Part shown: positions 12,671 to 25,455 of the stretch, piece by piece | Numbering within the stretch: position 1 is the stretch's first letter | How the letters are laid out: each line of letters opens with the position of its first letter | NCBI GenBank assembly: GCA_030265395.1 | Contig: JARFYF010000056.1 | Span: 19,859,636 to 19,923,635, forward strand | Length of the DNA stretch: 64,000 bases | From: Rhina ancylostomus | Lineage: Eukaryota | Direction: 5' to 3' | Notes under the pieces: generated by a model | Told to the model about the DNA's origin: nothing | What the model saw: the letters and a program-made list of their open reading frames with translations, nothing else | The model's database searches: none | Made by a program: the position numbers and the translations under genes

Positions 12671-15289
12671 AATAAACAGGGATAGCTGTTGGGCACAGTT
12701 ATCAATTCTGCTTCATTTTGCACCCAAAATTATACCCTTTCTGTAAAGTGTCAATTCCATATGTTTCTACTCAAATACATTTGCTCATCTCCGTGTACAA
12801 AATCTACCATTTAGCTCAAGTCCTTGGACTCTTTAAACCACCGCTGTGCCAAATGGCTTGCAGGAGCTGAGGGGAGATGTCCAGGTGACCCTGTTGGAGA
12901 GCTACTGAATGGCAGTAAATGAATCTTATCAGCTCCCCTAAAAATTGTATCGATAGTTAATATTTAAAACAATTAAATTGTAGCAGTAGTGGTAGAAAGT
13001 GTTATGTTAGTGCATGTGGAAGAAACAAGAAAAGACTGACAGATGAAAATATAGGCAAAAGATGAATAAAGTGATTTAAGATTTTAAAAAATCCTTTCAC
13101 ATTGTTTCCAGCAATATCAGTCAGTTTAGAAATTATGATTTCTACAAAGGTTAAGTAGTTTCTGATGTCTTTAAAAAATATCCTTAATATTGTTCACTTG
13201 TGCCTATTTCTCCAGCATTCATCTAGAAGAAACAAGAAATGCATAAAATGTCAGGATGTTCAAAATACAATCACTGCTAATGCTATGTGGTCTATTAAAT
13301 AGGGAGTAATAGTCAAATCTAACATTGATGTACATTCAATTATAATCTGCAAAGATCTGTATAAGTCTGTAAAGTTTAATCTCTCAACCAACTTGGTGTT
13401 TCTGAATTGATTGTGCACTACTTGGCTGGGGAAAGGTTTGGATATAATCCAACAGGTTTCGTGGTAAACTTGGTGGAATTTTTTGTCAGACCATCTTCAT
13501 AATACAATAAATGAAAGTATGCAGCAACATCAACAGCAAAATTACACAAAAAAGAAATCAAATTCACTTAATATGTGTTTGTGTATCACAGACAAGGGAG
13601 AAATGAAAGTTAAATATCTGCTCGCCTCTTGGCTGTTCCAAGCACACTCCAAGCTGCTTCAGGCTGACAGGCAGTAACAGGCGTCTGGCACGGAACATGT
13701 GCCGAGGTCCACAGACAGTCAGTCAGACCAAAACAAAAGGGGGTTTGTAATTACCATTCCTGCTAAATTACTCCAGAGAGCTGAAGCTGTCTGGAAGCTG
13801 GATTGCACAAACTGTTCTTAATGCAGTCTAGCCGCAGACACCCTCTCATCCAGTGCAGTGCAAACATTCTTCATGTCACAGGCAATGCTTAGTCCTCAGC
13901 TGCTAACATTTATTGGACCTGATTACTGAACTGTAAGTTTGCATTGTTACTCTATACCCCTGCTCCATACACTATCTCCATAATGTGTGGTCAGCCTTCC
14001 ATTAGAAGCAGGAATTCGGTGTTTATATTTGGAATTGTGTCTACATTGTTACTGTGCCTACTTGTCAGCAAGGATGTAAAAGTCTGTTTTTGATTAAGTC
14101 AAGCAGACTGTTAGTAACTGAGCCATTAAAGTGTCGAGACAGGTATTCAGATCCTATTTTTAAAAATCAGATAGAAACAGTTCTGTGCAGACACCTCATA
14201 ATCAAACTTCCGACAGATATTATAAGACCAACGTGAAAACATCGGACAGGAGAATGTTCATGGCATTGACCCTGCTCCATTCCTGCTTAATGAGACACTA
14301 ATGAGACAAAGCAAGGCTTTCTCTGGAATAATTCTAAACCTCATCAGGTATGTTAAAAACGACAACGTTTTTTAGCTTGCTGTACTGTGGTGTAAAGAGA
14401 AGTCACAGGAAATCTGATTTCTGAGACACTGGGGACCACAGACTTCAATTACCTGAGGCACTAAATGATTAATATCATTTGGTGTATCTTACCAGAGTTT
14501 TGATAATAATAATACAACGCACTGATGGAATTATACAAAAGACAACATATTATGATGTATGCTAAATAATCTCTTCTGTATCCTTGGACAAGGATGGGGA
14601 AAATCAGCCAGGAATCCTGCTCTTGATCATAAGCCAGTGACCCCTGCTGGTAAGTGTGTGTGGGTGGGTGTCAGGTACTTGTGACCCACAGTCAAACATC
14701 CTGCTGACATACACTGTCTAAATTCATACTATAAAGCTCAGTTTGAACAAGCAATTGGAGCGTGCCCAGCAAACTTCAGCACTTTCAGAGAAGGGCTGCA
14801 AACTGATGTGAAAATAAAAAAATAAAGTGATTTTAAAGACAAAAGAACATTAAAGTCATTCTAATGTTTGGGGTGATGGGAGAACCAAGATGGCTAGAAT
14901 TTGCTTATTGTCAATTTTCTGCTAGACTGCTGCATGGTCAATGGTCACCTGAAATATAGGGAGAGATTTGGTGGTTTGACTGCAGTAACAGCTGGGTCAC
15001 AATTCCTCAGCACTGGCTAAATTCATGGTAACCTCTTCCAAATATTTGTCTGGAGTTTTCATGCTGGAAACTGATGTATTGAGAGCACCCAGGGTCAAGG
15101 TCAAGAGTCAAAGATCGGAATGCTCCAGAGACGGATGTCAGCAGCGATTAGGTAATCGCTCAAAATGTCACTATTTAAAAAAAAAATTTGGATGCAACAA
15201 TCCTTTTGAATGTTTGGAGGGCACTGTGAGGTCATGAGCACAGAGAGTCTCTTGTGAGGCAGAAATAGACATGGCTTCCCCTGTGATGC

Positions 15290-15755
15290 CTATTCCAAAC
15301 AATACTAACACATTTGCCTCAATGTTTAGTATGGAAGCAGATTTCCCCAAAGCAATGATAAATAAATCTGAGACAAGCAGGAATAAAGATACAGATAAGA
15401 AGTGATGAGGAAGGATTTATAAAGTTGACGGTACTGGAAGTGGATGGGTTATCCATTCAGCTTGGATACTGTTAAGTTGCTGGGCAAAAGAACAGTAGAA
15501 ATAGTAGAGGGGCTCCTGACATTCTTCCAATTCTGCTGCATCGAGGTTGCTCCACAGAACACAGGGACTGTAACTGTTACAATTTTGTTCAAAAATGGGG
15601 TGAGGTATAAGTCAGGTGGTCCATTAGTTTAATGACCATGTTTATGAACCTTGTAGATACAATAATCCAGGAGAAAATTAACAGCCACTTGTAAGTTCAT
15701 GGGTTGATGAAAGGGAATGAGTACTGATTTGTTAATGGCATCTGTTGTCGGACTT
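15290..15755 (+). mobile_element. Degenerate CR1-type LINE RT fragment
   Basis: Recognisable CR1 RT N-terminal nucleotide tract (atactaacacatttgcctcaatgttt...gactgtaactgttacaattttgttcaaaa...gatttgttaatggc). Abuts the RTE piece. Confidence 0.5.
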
Positions 15756-15759
15756 TTTG

Positions 15760-16592
15760 GAGGAAGCCAGGTTAAGTGGTTTGCTCTGGGATGGAATGAA
15801 GGGCTTTTGGATCAATGAGAGAGCCACAGTTGAGGAGTCATTCGAGGTGTTCCTTCACCAGGTGCTGCCTACCTTTCTATCCTTGATAAGCTCTCTTCCA
15901 TTCTTGCTTCTCAGCGGTGTGGACTCTTAGTTGTTTGGGGCTTAGGTTGTCTTGACAGTGCTGATGAATCTTTGTATGTTGTGGTTATCAGTAAGTTACT
16001 GGCTCTCCTGCAGTCTTTCCGTCTACCATCTGTTCTTTAGGACACGGGACTTTTGTTGGGCCATTGTTTTCAGTAACCTTTTTCTTTTCTTTTGAGCTAT
16101 GGAGGAGATTCCAATCCAGAAGTGTGCTGATAATTGTCTCCTGGATCTCCTCATCATTTTCATCAAATTACCTTTGGTGTCTTCTGGCAGAAATGGTAAG
16201 AGTCTCTTCATAGGTTTTAACTGTGGTTGCCTTCAGGACGATCTAGATGCTGTGGACACTCTGTGGCTTCTGCTGGTTAATGGTCATTAGGTTTGCCTGT
16301 AAGCTGGGATCCAAGAAAAGGTTTCCTCACAGGGTTCTTGAGACGTTTAACATTGATTTTTTTTGCCACAGTGTCTTTGTTCCTTCCTTTGTTTTAGGTT
16401 GATGGAGATAACAGAGAGAATAGGATAGTCAGTCCAACAGTCATCAATAGTTCTCATGGTGTGGTTGATATGGACATCCTTGCCAACTCTCACTCGCATG
16501 ATGGTGTAATCTTACAGGTGCCAGTGCCTGGATCAGAGATGTTGCCTTGGCGTCTTGTGGTTGCTAATGATAAGCCCTTGTTCCAAGCAATT
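15760..16592 (-). mobile_element. RTE-clade LINE fragment: endonuclease end and linker, inverted
   Basis: Minus-strand translation ...CLEQGLIISN...HL*SRHWHL*DYTIMR...DCWTD resembles RTE 'HPRSKHWHLIDY...CWTDH'. Contains stops. Confidence 0.7.
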
Positions 16593-16596
16593 NNNN

Positions 16597-17050
16597 GGAG
16601 GCCAGGTGTCATAAGTCATTGAGAAATGACAAGATCTTGGGAGTAGATATTATTGCTGAACTTGGCAGAGAGGAACTTCATGCACAAATTTACAGCTCCA
16701 TCTCCCACACCTTGAAAGAAAGATATACCAGACAACCGAGAGACATCATAATCATAATCATCTTCAAGAAAGGAGACAAATCCAATCAGAGTAACTACAG
16801 AGGAGTCATCTTGCCATCTGCCACAGGGCAACTCATTGCAAGGGTTCTCCTCAACTGCTTTTTACCACTAACTGAAAAGTTGCTCTCCGAATCAAAGTGT
16901 GGATTCCATATGACTTCCAAGAAAATTCCAGAGAGCAATATCAACCACTGTACATGGCTGTTGTAAAAGCCACTGACTCTGTAAATGGAGAGGGCCTGTG
17001 GAGCATCCTTCTCAAATGTGGATACCCTCAGAATAGTATTTCCATTTAGA
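16597..17050 (+). mobile_element. RTE-clade LINE fragment: start of reverse transcriptase
   Basis: IFKKGDKSNQSNYRGVILPSATGQLIARVLLN...LLSESKCGF is a degenerate 'KKGD...NYRGISLLS..GK..ARILLNR...LPESQCGFR'. Confidence 0.8.
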
Positions 17051-18314
17051 TCTGCTACATTACGATATCCCTAATGAAAGATGCTAGTTAGAATCTATGG
17101 GAATGTGGGGAGAATAAAAATGGCAATTAGTGCAGGATCAATGTAATGGGTGCTTGATAGTCATCATGGACTCAGTGGGCTAAAGGACTATTCCCATGAT
17201 GTGTGCCCCTATGCCTCCAAGAAATGAGATTCCAGATGTCATAACATTTTCTGCACTGGGGAGTTTGTTTGCTGATAATTTTCTTCTGAGATGATCTTTT
17301 AACTATTGTGCAAATGCAGAAATGTCGCACCATTCCATGTGGGATGGGGAGGCAAATGGCAAGATGCTGTTCTGGTGTTGCTTATGATGAGTGGGTCGTC
17401 ATGAAGAGCAATTCTTGCTTTGCTGCATTCAACTGCATTCCTGCTACTTACCTACAGTGGCTGAGGCACTTGCACTTAAAGAACTGTGGCTTCACTGTTA
17501 TTTCAACAGAAAATTCAAGCCCCAAATCACTTTAATCCTGAAAACAGAAGAAAAATCTCACCCAAATATTGTGGTATTTTCATTACTAGCTCCTCAATAG
17601 TTTGGTAGCATTCAGTGCTGAATAAGGAATGTTATGTTATGAACTTCTAGAGTGAGTTATGACTGACCTAAACCCAACTGTTACTGTCTGGTTCACATCT
17701 GGATCATCATCCAATCAGCCCATTTCCTTTACAGCAGTTTATCAGGCTTTCTGTTTTATTCTTAACCAGTGTTCATTGAACAGCCAAGCTTTAGTTTTAA
17801 AGTATATGAAATGTTCATAACTTTTAATGGTGCATTCCTCCCAAAATACCCAACGTTTTATTATTCATTATGGAGTTGTCCTAAATTAGATCTTAAATCC
17901 TCCATTGAAAGCTGGCTTTGTTTCCATCCTTCAATCCAGTTCCTTCTCGGTTAATTCTCAAACTGTGCCTTAGCTGTTGTGAAGCTTAATGCTGGGTGTC
18001 TTCCAGGATGTCTAGTATTGCTAGATTTTGCACCACTATCTCCAGCCCTAACCAGCCTCCTGGGATAATAGCTGTCTCTCTCAGTCTTCACCACTATAAA
18101 TTTTTCCATGCTGTAGTTACATAACAGCATCAGGTGCAAAACTTAGAGCTTGTCCAGCTTGTCTGTCCTGAAACTTTCATCTCTCGATTTATTGACTGCT
18201 ACAAAGCATTCTTCCACCATCCTCAGCTTTTTATTCTCATTTTAAGGTTTAGCAGTTGGAATAGTGTTCACTGTGAAAACACTGACTTGACTGAAAGGCA
18301 AAAGACAGATGCTT

Positions 18315-18765
18315 GTCTGGACATCGGCAATTCCCCACTGTTAGGCCTCTGCCTGGACATTAGCAAATCTCCAACGTCAATGTCCAGACAGCACATTAGA
18401 AACTCCTGAACTGAGGACACCTGCTTGGATATTAGCAACTCCCCACTGTAGGCGTTTGTCTGGACATTAGCAGCTCCCCATGGAAAGACAGTTTTCTGGA
18501 CATTGGCAGCTCCCCATGGAAAGACAGTTTTCTGGACATTAGCAAACCTTAATGACAGATACCAGCCTGGATATTAGCAACTCCGCATTTATACTTTCCT
18601 GACTGAGCATTAGAAATTCCACATGGACAGACACCAGTCTGGACATTAGCAATTCTCCAATGAAATACACCATTCTGGACATCAGCAACTCCCCACAGAC
18701 AGCAGCCTAGACATTCGCAACTCCCCCAAGTAGTTGCCTAACTCAGTATTAGTAGCTCCCCACTG
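18315..18765 (+). repeat. Minisatellite, unit about 36 bp, with conserved core CTGGACATTAGCAACTCCCCA
   Basis: About 12 copies; two adjacent near-identical units ctggacatt(a/g)gcagctccccatggaaagacagtttt. Confidence 0.85.
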
Positions 18766-20814
18766 ACCATCCCTTTGTAAACAGTAAAAGCCCTATAGCC
18801 CAGCAAGATTATGTCCTTCCTATCACCCAATACTAAAGCTGCATATTTATATTGGTGTTTTGTTTAATCCCTGTGATATATTCTTTGCACAATTGTCATT
18901 CAAATGCAGACTAGGTAGTCTTTTGGTAGATTAGTCCTGCTGCTGCTTCTGGTCACAAAAACAGACACATCACATACTGTTAAAGGTGGCATTACAGAGA
19001 GAAAACTGCCTTGTGACGAAAGGTCTTGTAAAATCATTCAAAAATCAAACTGCTGAAGGAACTCAGCGGGTCAGGCAGCATCTGTGCAGGCAGAGGGACA
19101 GGCAATATTTTGGGTTGAGGCTCTGCAGTTTGTTTTTTGCTCCAGATTACAGCATCTGCAGTCTCTTGTGTCTCCATCTTGCAAACTTGTTCCTTGGTCT
19201 TTGAAAAGCACATCAAGTCATTGTTTCAATTTGCTCCAGCAGCTCTTCAATTTTCTTAAATCTTTATTGCCACAGAAATGGTGAAAACAAAATCAGGACA
19301 CTAAATTTGATTCAGGAAGTGCTGGAGGGAAAGTTGGTTTTATTTGAACAAAAGATCATAGGTTTCTGATGACCAATTTAGATAGACTTGACAACTGCAC
19401 ACACACTCTCCTCAAAGCTGGTCCAAGGAGTAGATGAGGAAGAAATTTTCTGATTCCCAAAAAGTTGCCAAGGTTCTTGCTCACATTTTGCTTTAATTTG
19501 CCCTTTGCTGTACGACTGACAAAGTGTGACAGAGAAGAGGCTGGCATGGGGGCTCAAAGTACCACAAGTATTTCCACAATGCAATATACTGAGTGGAGCG
19601 CAACAGGCACAGCATGGTTTAGGGGCTGAGAGATTGAACCATCTGTACCCAATCCCCAGGAACATGATTCCAGCCTGAAATACCCAATCTATGAATAGCT
19701 TTGTTGGTACTAACCACATACTGATGTGATAGTCTCAACAGATGGCCGATAAAGTCTTCCTTAGCTCCTAATGGGCAGTACCTCATTGCTCTTATGTGTT
19801 CCATGTTCTGAAGTACAATCTTCCTATCTTTTAAATTCCACCACCATACCTTTGCTGCGTTATTGAATTAATCCCTTTTGATGCTACCCTTCTCTTTCAT
19901 TCAAACCATACGCGGTTTCATGAAATGTTAACGTAGCACTAAAACACATATCAAACCTTAAGGATTGAGGGATTCAAGCACTCATCACTCCCAGCAAAAT
20001 ATCCCTTTCTTGTCACTTTATTGCTTTGTAATTCCCAACTAGCTTTCAGACCAACTTACTAACACATAGGTAGCTTCCCCAAATTTGAAGAGATTTTTAT
20101 AAAGTAATATATCCTTATCCACCTTATGATACTTTCTGAAAACTTAAGTAGAATTATATACACTTGGTTACATGAATAACTTAGTTCCATTTTCAAAGAA
20201 TTGCTATCAGTTTATGGGCATAGTCCCCTCTTTCTACGTCCATGATATTATTACTCTAAGCATGTGAATTTTTAAAAAAATCATCAATACTATTGCTGTC
20301 GCCCCAGTGACTTCATAATCAAGCTCATCTCTTACTCGTATATTCCGTTTTGATCAAATAATTGCATACAATTAACACTGTGGTGTTAAAACAAGAACTG
20401 CAACAATATAGTTAAAATATCAACTCAGAGACCTTAGAGTTAAGTCTATGAACATCTGTTTAACTGCAGCTGGAAGCATGAAATGCTTAGGCAGCCAATG
20501 CCTTTCCTGAGACAGTGTTATTTAACTCACAGATTTAGATCAGGTGCTTCACATTTTTTCAGAGAAACATTACATATTTATAAAGGAAATTCATAAACTG
20601 GCTCTGCATTGAGGCACAAGGAAACAGGTGGAGATCTGTCTGAGAGAAGTCACAGCCATTCTCTCTGAGTTGGACCGAATTATGTCCTTACTTCATAACC
20701 CCTACAATTTAAACACTTAGACCAGACTGAGCACCTACTAAATAGACTTGAATTTCAAAATATTGTAAACTACAGAAAATACAACCCTAGAGGAACTTCC
20801 ATGATTTCAAGTTC

Positions 20815-21135
20815 TCCCAAGGTACCTTATAGCCAATGAACATTTGAAATACGTTGACTGTTGTCGTGTAGCAGATGCTGCAGCAATGTTCCACAAACTA
20901 TTATAAATGTTCAGCACAATTATTCTTGATGAGGTTGGTTGAGGGATAAATATTGGTCAGGATGTTGGGGAAACCTCCACAGCTTTTCTTTAAATATTGC
21001 CATGGATCATTTGCAGCTGATGTGGCCTTGGTTTTACATCTCCTCTCAAAGGTGGCACCATGAACAATGCAGGACTCTGCAGAACTGACCCTCCAACAGT
21101 TCACTCTTTCCCCAATACTACACTGACTCAGAATG
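20815..21135 (-). mobile_element. Deu-domain-like SINE (SacSINE1/AmnSINE-related); copies at about 32620-33320, 48420-48670 and 60480-60870
   Basis: Shared motif set on +: agccaatgaa..tttgaa...gttggttgagggataaatattggtcagga...ctttcttt.aaata.tgccatggatc...ggtggcacc. Family name is from recalled consensus. Confidence 0.55.
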
Positions 21136-21554
21136 AAAGGTTTGGATTTATAAAGCCATCTTGCAAACTCAGATTGTCTCAAATGACTCTATAAACGTTG
21201 ATATGCTTCTGAAGTAATGTTAGAAATGCATTAGCCAGTTTTGTGCCCACAAACTCCATTCCATCAATGCTGCATGGGCATGTCAATGTAGATTTTGAAT
21301 TCAGACCCTTGAAGTAATGCTTGAATTCATGGATGGCATTTATTGGTTAGATGGTGAGTTACAGTGGAAGGTTAGCACAACTGTCGATATTGCTGGGTCC
21401 AATAAGCTACATCACAAACACTGTTTCTCTCTTCCCTCACTGGAATTTCCCAGGGCAGTATCTTCATAAAGCCTCTTCTGCAAGTCTTCAGTTGTGCAAT
21501 CACAATATTGTCAATGGCTGATAATCGGCCTGCACACACCATCCCAATGGTAGA

Positions 21555-22250
21555 ACACAACAGAAGGCATAAGAGCAGGAGTAGGTCCTCTGGTCCCTCA
21601 AGCCTGCTCTGCCATTCGAAATGATTATGGCTGAACTCAAATGTTCAGGCCCAAATGTTCTTCTATGCCAGCTCCCCAATACCCCATCTTTCAGAAGTTT
21701 ATAGAATATAGAACAGTTCAGCACAGGAACAGGCCCTTCGGCTCATGATGTTGTGCCAAACTAATTAAACTAGCAATTAAACACATAACTAAACTAATCC
21801 CTTCTAGCTACGTAATGTCCTTATCCCTTCATTCTGTGCACATTCATGTGCCTATCTAAGAGCCTCTTGGACATCTCTATTGTATCTGCCTCTACCACCA
21901 CCCCTGGCAGCACATTCCAGGCACCCATCACTCTCTGTGTAAAAATTTTACCCCACACATCTCCTCTGAACTACCCCCCCTCACCTTAAATGCATGCCTT
22001 CTGGTATTAGATATTTTGACCCTGGGAAAAAGATACCAGCTGTGTCTGTGCCTCTCACAATCTTATAAAACTCTATCAATCTTCCCCCAGCCTCTGCCGA
22101 CCCAAGCTTGTCCAACCTCTCCCCATAGCACATGCCCAGTAATCCAGGCAGCATCCTGGTAAACTTCTTCTGCACCCTCTCCAAAGCCTCCACATCCATC
22201 CTGTAAACGGACTACCAGCGTTGAATGCAAGACTCTAGATGGGGCCTAAC
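21555..22250 (-). mobile_element. CR1-type LINE 3' end(s)
   Basis: Minus ORF DVEALERVQKKFTRMLPGL...YGERLDKLG...LIEFYKIVRG, followed by a typical CR1 3'UTR (gggcctgttcctgtgctg...ttctatattcta). Confidence 0.85.
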
Positions 22251-22939
22251 TGTGTACTGTCCCTTTACATTTGATCTCCCAAAGTGCAACACTACCACTT
22301 TTATTCACCACCTTTTCAAATACCTCCAGTGATCCAGACTCTACAACCCTCTGGGATAGAGAATTTGAGATACTCAGTATCTTCTGTGAGAAGAAACTCC
22401 TACACACCTCACTTTAAATGTGCACCCCCTTATCTTGGATCTATGTCTTTTCATTCAAGAATCACAGTTAGTGGAAACGTTTCAATGTCTTCCCTGTCAT
22501 GCACAACGCTCAATCCTCTGGTCTTTTGAAAATGTATCTACCTATACTTTAAATATTTCTAAATGAGTTGGCCTTTCCCACTCTCTGGGAACTGGGAGCT
22601 GACACTTCACACAAGCAGTGAGCGTGAGCAGCTGTGGCACTGACTTATTGAACTAAGACTTGCAGGAACCTGATTTAAGAACCACAACTTCTACTTATAT
22701 AGAACCTTTAACATGATAAAACATCCCAAGGCAGCATTATCAAAACTTCTCCTTGAGCCACATAATGACTCAGTGGCAGGACAAGTGGGCAAGGTCAGAG
22801 AGATCAGTTTTAGCGCCATCTGGGAAGGGGGAAGATCGGCAGCGAGGCAAAGATTTAGGAATGTAGGGTCCGAGCAGCTGAAAGCCACTACTGGTGGAAA
22901 GATGGAAATTAGGCTGGGACAACCATTGTAACCATTGAT

Positions 22940-23230
22940 GGTTACAGAGGCAGAGAGAGGGTTGTGGGCTTGAGGAGATTACAGAGGTAGGGAGAGTTGT
23001 AGAGCTGGAGGAAGTTGTAGTGATAGGGAGGTTTATGGAGTTGTAGGAGATACCACAGAGAGGTTTTAGGGCTGAGGGGGTTGTAGAAATAAGTAGCATT
23101 GTGGGGTTGGAGGAGGTTACAGAGATAGAAAGGGCTGTAAGGCTGGATAAGATGATAGAGATTGGAAGGATTATAGAAGCAGAGGCCATGAGAGGTACAG
23201 AGGTGCTGTAGAGCTGAAGAAGGCCACAGA
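22940..23230 (+). repeat. Degenerate purine-rich tandem repeat (gggttgtagggctggaggaggttacagagatagg, about 36 bp)
   Basis: Recurring gttacagag/gttgtag motifs. Explains the Ser/Thr-rich minus ORF 22770-23189. Confidence 0.7.
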
Positions 23231-23919
23231 TTTAGGGGGTCAAATGTCCTTTACTACAGGCTGTAAGTTAGCCAAGGTGGATGTGTTGCAGTGAGAGAAC
23301 GTGTAGGCAATAGAAGCAGCAGTGAGGGGCACACCCAGGAATGTGTCAGTCTTGCTGTATACATTTTTCACAAATTAAGTTTGGTCCCAATTCACATCGT
23401 ATTTTAGTACTCAGAACAGGGAGGAAACGACTGACAGTAACAGACAGAAGACAGGTATCAGGCTGGAAATAAATTCTTTGTTTCTTGTTGGCACATCACG
23501 CTGTACTTGGCGTGGATCTTGACACTGCTGACATTTGTCAGGGCTTTCATTACATCACTGCAATCATTCATGTGTCCAGCTCCACTCTTTCTAGGTACCA
23601 CAATTACTTTTCCAACTTTATCTGTTAACCAGAAAAATGATCTTGAGTAGTTTTCTCAAAGTGGACACTAACCTTTTGTCTGTGGAACCTGGATCACACC
23701 TTTCAATGACTGGCTTTAATCCTTTTGTTGAACATTACCTGGCTGAGAAAAGCAGAAACTTTGAACAATTTCCACAAGTTGGCAAAATCAACCATTCCAC
23801 AGATAAATCACCTCTATTGCAGATTCCATTACTTTTAACAAATCCCAGGTTGAGAACAGAACTTTAGCATTTGAAGATAAAATTGTCGAAGTGTTCCAAA
23901 AACACATTATAGAGATTGA

Positions 23920-24370
23920 TTTAAAGACGTGGGCAGCGCTGGCAAGTCCTGCAAGTCCCTTCCCTGTTTGTCCTGGAGTGGTGGTGGTGTTGAGCTGCTT
24001 TCTTAAACTGCTGCAGTTCTCCTGGTGGAGGCACTCCCACTGAGCCCTCAGGCAGGGAGTTCCAGGGCTCAGTGACAGCGAAGGACCAGCAATAGTTCCC
24101 AGAGAGGATGGTGCATGGTGATGATGTTGGCAGGTGTGTCCACTTTGCCCTGCTGTGATGTGGAGTTGTAAGGTGGTCGGTGTGGTCTGGGCAAAAACTT
24201 GCTCCGTGATTTGAAGATGGTATACTCTGTGCCATAGTGATGGAGGGTGTGAGTGTTCAAGGTGGCGCATAGAGTGCCAGTCACATGAGCTGCTGTGTCA
24301 AGGATGGCATACCCTTGAACAAGTGCCTTGAAGAAGGAGGAAAGATTCTGTAGAGTAAGAAGGGGAGTCA
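23920..24370 (-). mobile_element. LINE 3' end (CR1/L2-like family); related copy at about 50155-50720
   Basis: Shared tract gtggtggtg..gagctgctttcttaaactgctgcag...gggagttccagg in both copies. Minus translation PWNSLPEGSVGVPPPGELQQFKKAAQHH resembles a LINE ORF2 C-terminus. Confidence 0.6.
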
Positions 24371-25216
24371 CTCAGTGCAGGGTTCCTGGCCTCAAGTTTG
24401 CCTTGTAGCATATTTATTGGTTTATTATTGTCACTTGTACCGAGGTCCAGTGAAAAACTTGTCTTGCAAACCGATCGTACAGGTCAATTCATTACACAGT
24501 GCAGTTACATTGGGTNNNNNNNNNNNNNNNNNNNNNNNNNNNNNNNNNNNNNNNNNNNNNNNNNNNNNNNNNNNNNNNNNNNNNNNNNNNNNNNNNNNNN
24601 NNNNNNNNNNNNNNNNNNNNNNNNNNNNNNNNNNNNNNNNNNNNNNNNNNNNNNNNNNNNNNNNNNNNNNNNNNNNNNNNNNNNNNNNNNNNNNNNNNNN
24701 NNNNNNNNNNNNNNNNNNNNNNNNNNNNNNNNNNNNNNNNNNNNNNNNNNNNNNNNNNNNNNNNNNNNNNNNNNNNNNNNNNNNNNNNNNNNNNNNNNNN
24801 NNNNNNNNNNNNNNNNNNNNNNNNNNNNNNNNNNNNNNNNNNNNNNNNNNNNNNNNNNNNNNNNNNNNNNNNNNNNNNNNNNNNNNNNNNNNNNNNNNNN
24901 NNNNNNNNNNNNNNNNNNNNNNNNNNNNNNNNNNNNNNNNNNNNNNNNNNNNNNNNNNNNNNNNNNNNNNNNNNNNNNNNNNNNNNNNNNNNNNNNNNNN
25001 NNNNNNNNNNNNNNNNNNNNNNNNNNNNNNNNNNNNNNNNNNNNNNNNNNNNNNNNNNNNNNNNNNNNNNNNNNNNNNNNNNNNNNNNNNNNNNNNNNNN
25101 NNNNNNNNNNNNNNNNNNNNNNNNNNNNNNNNNNNNNNNNNNNNNNNNNNNNNNNNNNNNNNNNNNNNNNNNNNNNNNNNNNNNNNNNNNNNNNNNNNNN
25201 NNNNNNNNNNNNNNNN

Positions 25217-25455
25217 ATCTACCTATCACCACCCTGTGCCCACCCCACCTCCCCTCTTTTGTCCACCTATCACTGCTCTGCTTTTCCCTCCTAAATGTTG
25301 GGCTTCCCCTTTTCCTATCTTCAGTCCCGAAGAAGAGTGCTGACCCGAAACGTTGACCGCCTGCTTTTCTCCACGGATGCTGCCTGGCCTGCTGGGTTCC
25401 TCCAGCATCATCGTGTTTTTCATCTAGACTCCAGCATCTGCAGTCCTTTGTTTGT
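25217..25455 (+). mobile_element. Penelope-like terminal repeat copy
   Basis: gaagagtgctgacccgaaacgttgacc...gatgctgcctggcctgctgggttcctccagcatc...ccagcatctgcagtc. Related copies at about 19040-19180, 39270-39390, 40340-40435 and 52140-52265. Confidence 0.6.

Noticed and set aside
18315-18765. CRISPR-like repeat/spacer appearance
   Set aside because: Vertebrate DNA, no cas genes, repeats degenerate, and 'spacers' too short and related to one another: a minisatellite.
22770-23189. Mucin-like Ser/Thr-rich ORF with a hydrophobic start
   Set aside because: Coincides exactly with a degenerate purine-rich tandem repeat; no splice or promoter support.
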